Positions 44,359 through 53,141 of a stretch of DNA of 64,000 bases are shown piece by piece. Position 1 is the stretch's first letter; each line of letters starts with the position of its first letter. The stretch comes from Desulfovibrio sp. GTDB lineage: Bacteria > Desulfobacterota > Desulfovibrionia > Desulfovibrionales > Desulfovibrionaceae. Location: assembly GCA_031271265.1 (NCBI GenBank), contig JAISWB010000044.1, positions 17,249 to 81,248 of the forward strand, read 5' to 3'. The position numbers were made by a program, and so were the translations under genes. The notes beneath the pieces were generated by a model. It ran no database searches. It was not told where the DNA came from and worked only from the letters and a program-made list of their open reading frames with translations.

Positions 44359-45390
44359 TTATGCTTCGCGTATGGCGCAAAGCCGCCACAGGCCCTGTGA
44401 TTCCGGACCGCGCTCGAAGGTCCACAGTTCGGCGACCTCGGCGGGTTCGGATTCCGCGCCCGCGCGCATGAGCACCTTGAACGCCGCCTGTGCCGTCTGC
44501 ATTTCGCCTTTGCTCCGCACATCCCTGAGTTCGGCGTCAATCATGATGATGTCGGTTTTTACCGGTTCGGGATTTTTTTCAGCCTGTTTGCGCAGGGTTT
44601 GCAGCAAGTCCGGGGAGACAAAGGGCGTCAGGCCGGAGATGTCGCGGGAAGCCCAGGCCTTTTGCAGGCGGATGTACAGGGTCCGCGCGCCCTGCAGAAA
44701 ATCGGCCGCATCGAAATCGTCCGGCAGCACGACGCCGGGGGCAACGGCGGCTTCGGCCGGGGCCTCCTCCGCTTGTTGTTGATCTGAACGCAGGTATCCC
44801 CACATGGCCTCGGCCCTGTCGCGCGCCGTGGCGAGCCGGCGGGAGTCCTCCCGGCCTGCGCGGGGAAGCTCCGGACCGCCGCCCGCGCCTTGCCCGGACG
44901 GGTCGTAGTCCGGGCGCCGGGGCAGGTCGGCACGCGCGTCGGCGGCGTCCTGTTCATCGTCTCCGGCGGCCGGCCCGCCGCCCATGCGTCTGGACCAAAC
45001 AGTGTCGCGGGAGCGGCGCGCAGGCGCTCCGCCGGAGTCCGGCGCATCGCTTCCGCCGGCATCCCTGCGGGCGCCGTCCTGCTCCCGGCCGGGCGATTCG
45101 AGGGATGACCCGCGCCTCCCGGCGACGCTGAAGCGGTCCTCGTCCCTGCCGCGGGAGCGGCCTGCATGAACCAGACGCAACGCCAGAAGCGCCAGGACGG
45201 CGACCGCCGCCATATCGGCCGTCCCGGCGCCGGCGTACGGGTAGCCGAAAAGCAGCGACCCCAAGAAACTTCCGGCGAAAAGCCGCTCCGTCAAAGACGC
45301 TCCGGCTTCTTCCGCCGCTGCGGTCAGCGGGGCGCCGAGCAGGCAAAACAGGAGGAAAACCGGAAAAAAGACCCTGTTGTCTATACGCAT
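44359..45390 (-). CDS. Tim44-like domain protein with N-terminal membrane segments and a disordered R/D/G/A-rich linker
   Basis: Trimmed to ATG 45390 (MRIDNRVFFPVFLLF). The C-terminal ~140 aa (DFLQGARTLYIRLQKAW...WTFERG...WRLCAI) looks like the Tim44-like fold family. Confidence 0.7.
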   Translation of the reverse strand: MRIDNRVFFPVFLLFCLLGAPLTAAAEEAGASLTERLFAGSFLGSLLFGYPYAGAGTADMAAVAVLALLALRLVHAGRSRGRDEDRFSVAGRRGSSLESPGREQDGARRDAGGSDAPDSGGAPARRSRDTVWSRRMGGGPAAGDDEQDAADARADLPRRPDYDPSGQGAGGGPELPRAGREDSRRLATARDRAEAMWGYLRSDQQQAEEAPAEAAVAPGVVLPDDFDAADFLQGARTLYIRLQKAWASRDISGLTPFVSPDLLQTLRKQAEKNPEPVKTDIIMIDAELRDVRSKGEMQTAQAAFKVLMRAGAESEPAEVAELWTFERGPESQGLWRLCAIREA

Positions 45391-45436
45391 GCGTTGTCCT
45401 TTCAGCCGTTGCGCGTTGTTCTGCGCAATCAGCGCG

Positions 45437-46900
45437 TTATTTCGGCACGACATCCCCTTCCACCGCTTTACCTTGGTATTTGCCGGTCAGGGTGCGCAAA
45501 AAAGCGACAATCAGCGGGCGGTCCGCGGGCGGTATGCCGATGCCGGAAAGATACACTCCCATAATCCTGACCGCTTCGTCGAGGGTTTCCACGGTACCGT
45601 CGTGCAGGTACGGGGCGGTCAGTTCTATGTTGCGCAGGTTGGGCACCTTGAACTTGTGCAGGTCCTCCACCTTGCCGGTAAAGGCTTTCAACCCTTCGTC
45701 CGAGGGCAGCGAGTCGCCGCGCTCGGCAAAATAATTCCGTTTCAGGTCCATATATTCAAAAGACCGGCCGCCCAGCGTTTTTCCCACATGACAGGAGGCG
45801 CAGCGGTAATCCTTGAAGCGCCGGTAACCGGACACTTCCTCTTCGCTGAGGGCGGCGTCGTCCCCTTTCAGCCACAAATCGAAGCGGTCGCCCGGCGTGA
45901 TGAGGGTCATTTCGTAATGGGCCAGGGCATCGGTTATGTTTTCACCCGTCCAGCCGCCCTTGTCATGCGCGCCGTCCCCGGACACCGGATACACGGACAG
46001 GAAGGCGTCAAACAGAGGCTTGTCCTTGACCAGTTTTTCGATAATGGATTCCCAGTTTTCACAGGCCATCTCCACGGGATTGAAAGGCGGCCCGGCGGCC
46101 TGTTCCTGCAGGTCTGCGGCCCTGCCGTCCCAGAACTGGCGTATGTTGAAGGCCGCGTTGAACACCGTCGGCGAGTTGGCGTTGCCGAGCAGCCCGCCCA
46201 CACCCTCGGAGAAACGGCGCCCGTCGGCCCCGCCCTTGTCCAACATGTGGCAGGAGGCGCAGGAGATGCTGTCGTCCAGCGACAGGCGCTTGTCGAAAAA
46301 CAATTTTTCCCCGAGCGCGGCCTTTGCCGCATCGTGGGGCAGGGTATCTGGCAACGGCTGCACAGGCTCATTGCTCCTGTCCTTGCTTGCGGTGCCGGTG
46401 GCGTAGGAAGCGGTGCGCACGGCCCGGAGCCGGTCCAGAACGGCCCGGCGCTGTTCACGGCTGATGCCCTTGTCCCATTGCACGGCGACGAACCTGGCCG
46501 GAGGCATGGTGCCCTTCAGCATGGTCCATTCAATTTTGGCCAGTGTTGCTTCATCGACAGGAAGGGCAAGGCCGTCTCCGCTGAGTTCCTGTCCCAGGTC
46601 CAGAGAGCGCAGTCCCTCGCGGTAATCGCGCTCTATAAGCTGCCTTGTGCCGGGAAACGAGGCGTAAAAGGCCAGGTCGTAGCCCCTGGAGTGGCAGGCC
46701 AGACATTTGTCGCGCACCAAATCGGCCACTGCGCCGAATTTGCTCATGTCCGGAAGCGGCAGGAGTTCCGTGCCGGCGGTTTCCACATCCGGCGTTGCAG
46801 CGCGGCTTTCCTGCGCGGCGGCCGCCTGCGAGGGCGACCGCACAACGGCGCTCAACGCCGCAATACACAGAATACACACAAGGAGCGCGTAACGCAGCAT
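45437..46900 (-). CDS. Membrane-anchored triheme cytochrome c peroxidase (YhjA/quinol-peroxidase-like)
   Basis: N-terminal hydrophobic anchor and three CXXCH motifs (CLACH, CASCH, CASCH). The CCP/MauG-type core includes ...PNLRNIELTAPYLHDG. Confidence 0.88.
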   Translation of the reverse strand: MLRYALLVCILCIAALSAVVRSPSQAAAAQESRAATPDVETAGTELLPLPDMSKFGAVADLVRDKCLACHSRGYDLAFYASFPGTRQLIERDYREGLRSLDLGQELSGDGLALPVDEATLAKIEWTMLKGTMPPARFVAVQWDKGISREQRRAVLDRLRAVRTASYATGTASKDRSNEPVQPLPDTLPHDAAKAALGEKLFFDKRLSLDDSISCASCHMLDKGGADGRRFSEGVGGLLGNANSPTVFNAAFNIRQFWDGRAADLQEQAAGPPFNPVEMACENWESIIEKLVKDKPLFDAFLSVYPVSGDGAHDKGGWTGENITDALAHYEMTLITPGDRFDLWLKGDDAALSEEEVSGYRRFKDYRCASCHVGKTLGGRSFEYMDLKRNYFAERGDSLPSDEGLKAFTGKVEDLHKFKVPNLRNIELTAPYLHDGTVETLDEAVRIMGVYLSGIGIPPADRPLIVAFLRTLTGKYQGKAVEGDVVPK

Positions 46901-46910
46901 GTCCCTACCT

Positions 46911-46989
46911 CTTGGTTCGTTTTTTACAGGTATACACGGTAACGCATCGCTTGGTTCGTTTTTTACAGGTATACACGGTAACGCACCGC
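46911..46989. repeat. 39-bp tandem duplication immediately upstream of the peroxidase start codon
   Basis: cttggttcgttttttacaggtatacacggtaacgca occurs at 46911..46946 and 46950..46985 with identical 36-mers. GTATAC cores lie at 46930, 46969 and 46993. Confidence 0.9.
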
Positions 46990-47123
46990 GCTGTATACGT
47001 CGATGCTCACAAAGCTTCGGATTTCACCGTTGTCGTTTTCGCGTCACAGCGCACAAACGCTGCACCGGGTATTTTTGCATCCTTGAGTGTTCTCTGTATA
47101 TAATCGCTCGGCGCAGGCGCGCG

Positions 47124-48341
47124 TCAGTTCGCCGGCGGGCCGGACAGGAGTTCGTCAGTCCGCAGGGATTCGGCCATAGTCAGGATGGTGTCGGCGTAAA
47201 TTTTAAGGTTGTTGTAGCGTTTCAGCACGCCGCGCCGGCCATCGACGCCGAGTTCGGTCTTCCAGCCGTGCCGCGTCAGATAGCGGGCCGCGCTGAAGAC
47301 GGCATCGGCCTCGGAGAACAGGTTGATTATGCCGTCGCCGTCGCCGTCGTCGGCAAAGCGTGCCAAGTTCGTAGGCATGAACTGGCAGATGCCTATGGCG
47401 CCGTACACGGAACCCGGAACGGTGAGGGGATTGATCCCGTTGTCCCGGCAGAAGAGCAGCAGGGCGCGCATTTCCTTGTATGCCCATTCGGACTTTTCCT
47501 TGAGCCGCGCCCTCAGCCAGGCGTCATGCCGGCTTTTCAGGGGTATGCCGGCAAGCCCGCCTTTCACGCGTTCGGGGGAGTCGGCGGCAGCCATGCAGGC
47601 CAGGCTCCAGAAGGCGTTTTCCTTGCCCGTGAAAACGCCCAGACGGGTTTCCACGAAGAGCAGGGATACCAGGATCTCGCGGGGAACGGGGTATTTTTTC
47701 TCCACGGCGTCGAAGACGGCGGCATGGGCATTGAGAAAATCGCGGCACTTGCCCATATTTTCGACGGTGACCACGTTGCGGTATATGCGCTGCCGCGGCC
47801 CCCTGGGCTTGCCGTCGTCCGGCGGGCGCCTGCGCATAAAGGCCGAGGTGAAGAGTTCCTTGATTTTTGTTCCCATCGGTTGCGGGGAGTACGCGGGCAG
47901 ACCTTGAAACCAGATGTCCAGTCCGGCGGCGGCCGGGTCGTTGCGCAGCCTGTGCAGGAGCGGCGACCAGTCCGCGGTCGGGCTTGAGCCGGGGCCTTGT
48001 TTTCCTGCGGCAGGGCTTGAGCCGGGGCCTTGTTTTCCTGCGGCGGCACCCGGTCCGGCTGCAGCTTTTCCGGCCTTTTCGGCGTTTGCCGCGACAAGGG
48101 CAGGGTGCCCGGCGTTTTTCGCTTCCACCGTGCTGTCGTCTGCCGTGTCGATATTTCCCGTGCCGCCGTCAGGCAGGGCGGCGCCGGTTGTGACCGTCGG
48201 CTGTACGGGGTCGGTCCCGCTTCTTCGCGCGGCTGTAGCGGGCGCTTTTCCGCCGCGCCCGGCCGCTCCTCCTCCGCAGGCGGGCAACAGCAGGAGCGCA
48301 ACAAATAACATGACCGACGCGCGCACAAAAACACTATTCAT
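47124..48341 (-). CDS. mltB: Lytic murein transglycosylase (MltB family) lipoprotein
   Basis: Lipobox LLLPAC. The C-terminal YGAIGICQFMPTNLARFADDGDGDGIINLF motif is typical of MltB/SLT_2. 405 aa. Confidence 0.85.
   Translation of the reverse strand: MNSVFVRASVMLFVALLLLPACGGGAAGRGGKAPATAARRSGTDPVQPTVTTGAALPDGGTGNIDTADDSTVEAKNAGHPALVAANAEKAGKAAAGPGAAAGKQGPGSSPAAGKQGPGSSPTADWSPLLHRLRNDPAAAGLDIWFQGLPAYSPQPMGTKIKELFTSAFMRRRPPDDGKPRGPRQRIYRNVVTVENMGKCRDFLNAHAAVFDAVEKKYPVPREILVSLLFVETRLGVFTGKENAFWSLACMAAADSPERVKGGLAGIPLKSRHDAWLRARLKEKSEWAYKEMRALLLFCRDNGINPLTVPGSVYGAIGICQFMPTNLARFADDGDGDGIINLFSEADAVFSAARYLTRHGWKTELGVDGRRGVLKRYNNLKIYADTILTMAESLRTDELLSGPPAN
47981..48046 (-). repeat. 33-bp in-frame tandem repeat x2 in the mltB linker
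   Basis: Units 47981..48013 and 48014..48046 are 32/33 identical. They encode AAGKQGPGSSP twice. Confidence 0.9.
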
Positions 48342-48730
48342 TATGACGGCTCCGGGGCGCGGCAGGCGGTCCGCCGTACACTTGCGCCTTTTCCTTGGAA
48401 TTTTCTGTCTGTATAGCAGGATGCTTTCCCAAGGTCAAAAGGGGGAATGCAGGCAATGCGCGGGTTTCAGCCGGGAGAAATCCCCCGGCTCTGCCGGGGG
48501 TGTATGACGTAGCTCAGAACCTCAAGATCAAATTGAGTCCCGAGGCTTTTCTGTGGTCAAGGATAGGGGGTGAGTTCTCCGAGATCGAGTTTCCACGCCC
48601 AAAGACAGGTGATGAGGCTCCGTGATGCCGGGTTCATCCTACATATTGATATTACTAACTAATATACAAAACGTATCGAAATGTGCTGAAAAGTATGCAA
48701 ATAAGCAGGTTCCAGACCTGTTTATCAACG

Positions 48731-48762
48731 AAAAAAGGACTTGTATTTTACTACAAGTCCTT
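48731..48762 (-). terminator. Rho-independent terminator of tRNA-Lys
   Basis: Minus strand AAGGACTTGTA-gtaaaa-TACAAGTCCTT followed by TTTTT. Confidence 0.75.
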
Positions 48763-48773
48763 GTATTTCCAAT

Positions 48774-48849
<76 letters not shown>

Positions 48850-48860
48850 CAAGCTCGTTC

Positions 48861-48888
48861 TGAGTATCAGAGCCTCGGGAAATGTCAA
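48861..48888 (-). promoter_or_regulatory. Candidate sigma-70 promoter of tRNA-Lys
   Basis: Minus strand TTGACA-N16-TACTCA, ending 11 nt before the tRNA 5' end. Confidence 0.5.
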
Positions 48889-48989
48889 TATGCCCGCATG
48901 CGCCTTCGCGCGCGCGGGACTGCGGGGAACACGTCTTTCACCGCGGGACGGTTCCCGCGCACGGCAGACATTTGGATAAGGAAATTCGG

Positions 48990-49754
48990 ATGAAAGCATT
49001 CCTGACCAATGATGACGGCATACGCGCCGCGGGGTTGCGCGCCCTGTACAAGGCCCTCGTGGAAGCAGGCCACGAGGTGCGCGTCGTTGCCCCCATGACC
49101 GAACAATCCGCCGTGAGCAGCTCCATCACCATGTTGAGCCCGTTGCGCACCGTATACATAGAGGAGGAAAATTTTTTCGGGTACGGGGTCTTCGGCACGC
49201 CCACCGACTGCGTAAAACTCGGCATGTCCCGGCTACAGGACGGATTTACCCCGGATATCGTCCTCGCCGGCATCAACGCCGGCGCCAACATCGGCCCGGA
49301 CATCTTCTATTCCGGCACGGTGGCGGCGGCGATCGAAGCTGCCTGTCAAGGCATGCCCGCCCTGGCCGTATCCTACGACAACTTCCGCCCGGCAGGCATC
49401 GACGCCCACGCCCGCTACGCCGTTGCCGTGATGCAGAGTATCCCCTGGGACAAAATCCCCTCCCGCCGGGTCATCAATCTGAACATGCCCGACCGCCCCG
49501 TTGCGGAATTCAGAGGTCTGGCCGTATGTCCCCCGACAACGGCCGTCTGGGACGATATATACCACAGGCGCGAAGACCCGCGCGGCAGGCCGTACTGGTG
49601 GCTGGACGGAAAAATTCCGGACAAGGACGTGCTGCCGGAATCGGACAGGGCCTTCCTGAAAGAAGGCTGGGCAACCCTGACGCCCCTGAAATGCGATTTT
49701 TCCGATACGGATACCCTGAAAATTCTGCACAGCCTGCCCGACAGGCTCCCCTGA
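48990..49754 (+). CDS. surE: 5'/3'-nucleotidase SurE
   Basis: Trimmed to MKAFLTNDDGIRAAGL (the SurE signature N-terminus). 254 aa. Confidence 0.92.
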   Translation: MKAFLTNDDGIRAAGLRALYKALVEAGHEVRVVAPMTEQSAVSSSITMLSPLRTVYIEEENFFGYGVFGTPTDCVKLGMSRLQDGFTPDIVLAGINAGANIGPDIFYSGTVAAAIEAACQGMPALAVSYDNFRPAGIDAHARYAVAVMQSIPWDKIPSRRVINLNMPDRPVAEFRGLAVCPPTTAVWDDIYHRREDPRGRPYWWLDGKIPDKDVLPESDRAFLKEGWATLTPLKCDFSDTDTLKILHSLPDRLP

Positions 49755-49794
49755 CACTGTTCCGGCCCGTTTTTGCATCGTGATTATCAATCGC

Positions 49795-49823
49795 TTGTAA
49801 ATAGTTTTCGTTTGGGATAATCA
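49795..49823 (+). promoter_or_regulatory. Candidate sigma-70 promoter of the SNF2 helicase gene
   Basis: TTGTAA-N17-TAATCA. Confidence 0.3.
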
Positions 49824-49899
49824 TGGACGTATTGCTGCTGTCTTCCCGCCGCAGGACCTCGGCGGGACAACCGGAAACCAGTGTCCTCCGGTGGTTTGC

Positions 49900-52800
49900 A
49901 TGGACGAAAGTGTCATTCGGGAAATGCTCCTGGATTTTGTCGACAATGCCGTTCCTGATTACATCACCGAAGCCGCGCGCGCACTGCTCGGCGATGTGGG
50001 ACTGCAGAAATTCACCCTGAAAAGGACCGGCCCCTACTGGGAAGCGGAAGGCAGCGTACAGGGCGACGACCTTCAGGTGTACAGCCCCAAACTGACGCTT
50101 GCCCTGCACGAAAAATCCCTCAATTACGAATGTAACTGCCCTGACTCTTTTTCCGGGGCCTGCCGGCACGTTGCCGCGACAGCCCTGCACCTGCTTGCCG
50201 ACCTCGACAAGGATCGGGACGGTACCGGCGAGCTTTCCAGGCCGCGCAGCGACTGGCGCCAGGCCTTCCACAGCTTTTTCAGCGCGGAACTTGAACCCGA
50301 GGCCGGACGCCGCTACCTGATCATCCGCTTCTACCCTGAGCCGGGACGCCTGCAGGCGGCGTTCTTTATGGGCAGGCAGAACAAATCCGGCCTGTCCTCG
50401 GTACACACCCCCATCACCCTGGAACAGATCATAAGCTCGCCTGAACTCTGCGAACTGTCGCCGGACCTGCCGCGGACGGCAAAACTCATCGCGGAACACG
50501 AGGACTACTCCGGGCACCGCGTCACCATACCCGACGGGCTGCTGACCGGCTTCCTCTGGGCCGTGCGCAAGGAATATTACCTGTTTTGGCAGGATTCCGA
50601 CACGCCCTGCCGCATCGAACAGCGCGCCATGCAGATCAAATTCCGCCCGGAATTCGATGAGCATACCGGACTGACCTTCGGCGTCCTGCTGCACGGAAAA
50701 GGCAAGGCCCCTACACCCATTGAAGGCACGGACACCACCTTTCACGGGCAGATGCCGCTCTGGGTATGCAGGCAGAACAGCTTTTACCCGGTGCATTCCT
50801 CCGTCAACACCAAGCTGGTGCAGGAACTGACCAAGGCCCCTCTGGTCATACCGCCGGAAGACATTTCCGAATTTCTGGACAGGGTGTGGAGCCGGCTGCC
50901 CTGTTCCGCCCTGTACGGCCAGGAGGAATTCCTGCAGCGCATGGAACCTTTTTTCGTGCCCGCCGCCTACAACCCGAAACTTTTCCTCGACGAGGAGGGC
51001 AGCCTGCTCACCCTGCGGGTGCAAAACGTCTACGAAAGCCTCCACGGCGAATTCATCATGCCCGGCCCCAACCCGGATTACCAGACCGGCAGCTATGCCT
51101 ACGAAGGCAAAACCTATCTGGTGCGCAGGCGCCAGGACGAAGAAGCCGCGCTCACCAACATGCTGCTGGAAATAAAATTCCAGCCGCGCAATGCCCGCGT
51201 CTGGTTCCTTGAACCGGAAGAGGCCGTCGCCTTCCTTCTGGATGTATATCCCAAGCTGGTGGAAAAATATCGCGTGTACGGAGAATCCGCGCTCACGCGC
51301 TACAAGGTGCGCCTTTCCCAGCCGACCATAAGCGCCGAGGTGAAAAGCAACGAAAAAGAAAAGTGGTTTTCCCTGGACATCAACATCAGTTATGACGGCC
51401 AAAATGTTGCCCTGGAAAAAATATGGAGGGCCTGGACGCAGGGAAAACGCTACGTCCAGTTGAAAGACGGCTCGTACAGCAGCCTGCCGGAGGCCTGGCT
51501 GGAACGCGTGGCGCACAAGCTCCAGTCCCTCGGACTGGACCCTGCAAAGCCGCCGAAGGAACAGTACCCCCAGTTCGGCGCGCCCGTTCTGGACAGCCTG
51601 TTGGAAGAACTGCCGGGCGCCGTCACCGACGACTTTTGGGACACCCTGCGCGACAAAATCCACACCTTCAAGGAAATCGCCCCCGTGCCCCAGCCCAAAG
51701 GGCTGAACGCCACCCTGCGCGCCTACCAGAGACAGGGGATGGCTTACCTGAACTTCCTGCGCGAGTATAATTTCGGCGGCATCCTGGCGGACGAAATGGG
51801 CTTGGGCAAGACCGTCCAGACCCTGTCCTTCATCCAGCACATGGTGGAACACGGCGCCGCAGCGCCCAATCTCATCGTCGTGCCTACCTCCGTGTTGCCC
51901 AACTGGGAAAGGGAAGCGGAAAAATTCGTCCCGTCCCTGAAGCTGCTGACCATTTACGGCACCAAGCGCGAGGGCATGTTCAAAAAAATCAAAAAGTCCG
52001 ATCTGGTGCTTACGACCTATGCGCTGCTCCGCCGCGACCTTGAAGAACTGCAGCAATACGAATTCAATACCGTCATCCTGGATGAAGCGCAGAACATAAA
52101 AAATCCCAACACCATCACCGCGCGCTCCGTGCGCCGCATCAGGGCCGGGATGCGCCTGTGTCTCTCCGGCACGCCCATTGAAAACAACCTGTTCGAACTC
52201 TGGTCGCTGTTTGAATTTCTTATGCCCGGCTTTCTCGGCGCGCAGCACTCCTTCAGGCGCAGCATCGTGCGCCCCATCAAGGACGGCGACGACGAAACGC
52301 TCTCGTCTCTGCGCCTGCGCGTGCGGCCGTTCATCCTGCGCCGTACCAAGGCGGAAGTGGCCAAAGACCTGCCGCCCAAAATCGAAAACACCTATTTCTG
52401 CGATCTGGCGGAAGGGCAGGACGAACTCTACGCCATGCTGGCAGGCAAACTCCGCGAACAGGTCCTGAACACCGTGGACAAGAACGGCATGGCCAAAAGC
52501 CAGATGTCCATCCTGGACGCCCTGCTCAAACTGCGCCAGATCTGCTGTCACCCGCGCCTGCTCAAGATGGATATGCCCGATGTCTACGCCAACCCTGGCT
52601 CCGGCAAGTTCGACGCCTTCAAGGACATGGTCACCGGCATAGCGGAGGAAGGCCACCGCGTGCTCGTTTTCTCCCAGTTCGTGCAAATGCTGCACATCAT
52701 CCGTTCCTGGCTCCAGATCAGCGACATGCCCTTCTGCTATCTGGACGGATCAAGCAAAGACCGCATCGAGCAGGTGGACCGTTTCAACGGCGAGCGCTCC

Positions 52801-53106
52801 ATCCCCGTGTTCCTGATCTCCCTCAAGGCCGGGGGCACGGGACTCAATCTTACCGGCGCGGACTATGTCATCCATTATGACCCTTGGTGGAACCCGGCCG
52901 TGGAAAACCAGGCGACCGACCGCACCCACCGCATAGGCCAGACGCGGCAGGTGTTCTCCTACAAGCTGATCTGCCGCAACACCGTAGAGGAAAAAATCCT
53001 GCGCCTGCAGGACGCCAAGAAAAATGTGGCGGAATCCGTCATTCCCGGCGCTGAGGCCTGGAAATCCCTTTCACGCGAAGATCTTGAGATGCTCTTTGAA
53101 GTTTGA
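49900..53106 (+). CDS. SNF2-family helicase/translocase with an N-terminal SWIM zinc finger
   Basis: SWIM CxC..CxH (YECNCPDSFSGACRHVAATALH). SNF2_N motifs GGILADEMGLGKTVQ and ILDEAQNIKN. Helicase-C motifs LISLKAGGTGLNLTGADYVIHYDPWWNP and QATDRTHRIGQ. The start is ATG 49900 or GTG 49891. Confidence 0.88.
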   Translation: MDESVIREMLLDFVDNAVPDYITEAARALLGDVGLQKFTLKRTGPYWEAEGSVQGDDLQVYSPKLTLALHEKSLNYECNCPDSFSGACRHVAATALHLLADLDKDRDGTGELSRPRSDWRQAFHSFFSAELEPEAGRRYLIIRFYPEPGRLQAAFFMGRQNKSGLSSVHTPITLEQIISSPELCELSPDLPRTAKLIAEHEDYSGHRVTIPDGLLTGFLWAVRKEYYLFWQDSDTPCRIEQRAMQIKFRPEFDEHTGLTFGVLLHGKGKAPTPIEGTDTTFHGQMPLWVCRQNSFYPVHSSVNTKLVQELTKAPLVIPPEDISEFLDRVWSRLPCSALYGQEEFLQRMEPFFVPAAYNPKLFLDEEGSLLTLRVQNVYESLHGEFIMPGPNPDYQTGSYAYEGKTYLVRRRQDEEAALTNMLLEIKFQPRNARVWFLEPEEAVAFLLDVYPKLVEKYRVYGESALTRYKVRLSQPTISAEVKSNEKEKWFSLDINISYDGQNVALEKIWRAWTQGKRYVQLKDGSYSSLPEAWLERVAHKLQSLGLDPAKPPKEQYPQFGAPVLDSLLEELPGAVTDDFWDTLRDKIHTFKEIAPVPQPKGLNATLRAYQRQGMAYLNFLREYNFGGILADEMGLGKTVQTLSFIQHMVEHGAAAPNLIVVPTSVLPNWEREAEKFVPSLKLLTIYGTKREGMFKKIKKSDLVLTTYALLRRDLEELQQYEFNTVILDEAQNIKNPNTITARSVRRIRAGMRLCLSGTPIENNLFELWSLFEFLMPGFLGAQHSFRRSIVRPIKDGDDETLSSLRLRVRPFILRRTKAEVAKDLPPKIENTYFCDLAEGQDELYAMLAGKLREQVLNTVDKNGMAKSQMSILDALLKLRQICCHPRLLKMDMPDVYANPGSGKFDAFKDMVTGIAEEGHRVLVFSQFVQMLHIIRSWLQISDMPFCYLDGSSKDRIEQVDRFNGERSIPVFLISLKAGGTGLNLTGADYVIHYDPWWNPAVENQATDRTHRIGQTRQVFSYKLICRNTVEEKILRLQDAKKNVAESVIPGAEAWKSLSREDLEMLFEV

Positions 53107-53141
53107 GACGCGATGATGCCCGCTCAGAGCAGCTTCCTTTT

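Noticed and set aside
48500-48545. tRNA-like fragment (GTAGCTCAG, followed by a ctcaa-gatcaaa-ttgag stem-loop that would present UCA, suggesting selC).
   Set aside because: Position 33 of the putative anticodon loop is A rather than the invariant U. No acceptor, D or T arms can be paired. It is probably chance or at most a decayed fragment.
49783-49826. Fur-box-like hexamers (tgATTATCa ... gGATAATCAt) upstream of the SNF2 gene.
   Set aside because: These are only partial half-site matches with about 30-bp spacing, not the contiguous 19-bp box. The lineage-specific Fur motif may also differ. The evidence is insufficient to call.
49510-52695. 1061-aa ORF antisense to the SNF2 helicase gene.
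   Set aside because: The plus strand carries all SNF2 motifs in order. The antisense protein has no motifs, begins inside surE, and has GC-artefact composition.
49900-53106. SWIM-SNF2 helicase as part of a known defence system (Zorya, DISARM, BREX-like).
   Set aside because: None of the required partner genes (membrane stator pair, methyltransferase, PLD nuclease and so on) is within reach, and the neighbours are housekeeping genes. It is kept only as an uncharacterised stand-alone helicase.
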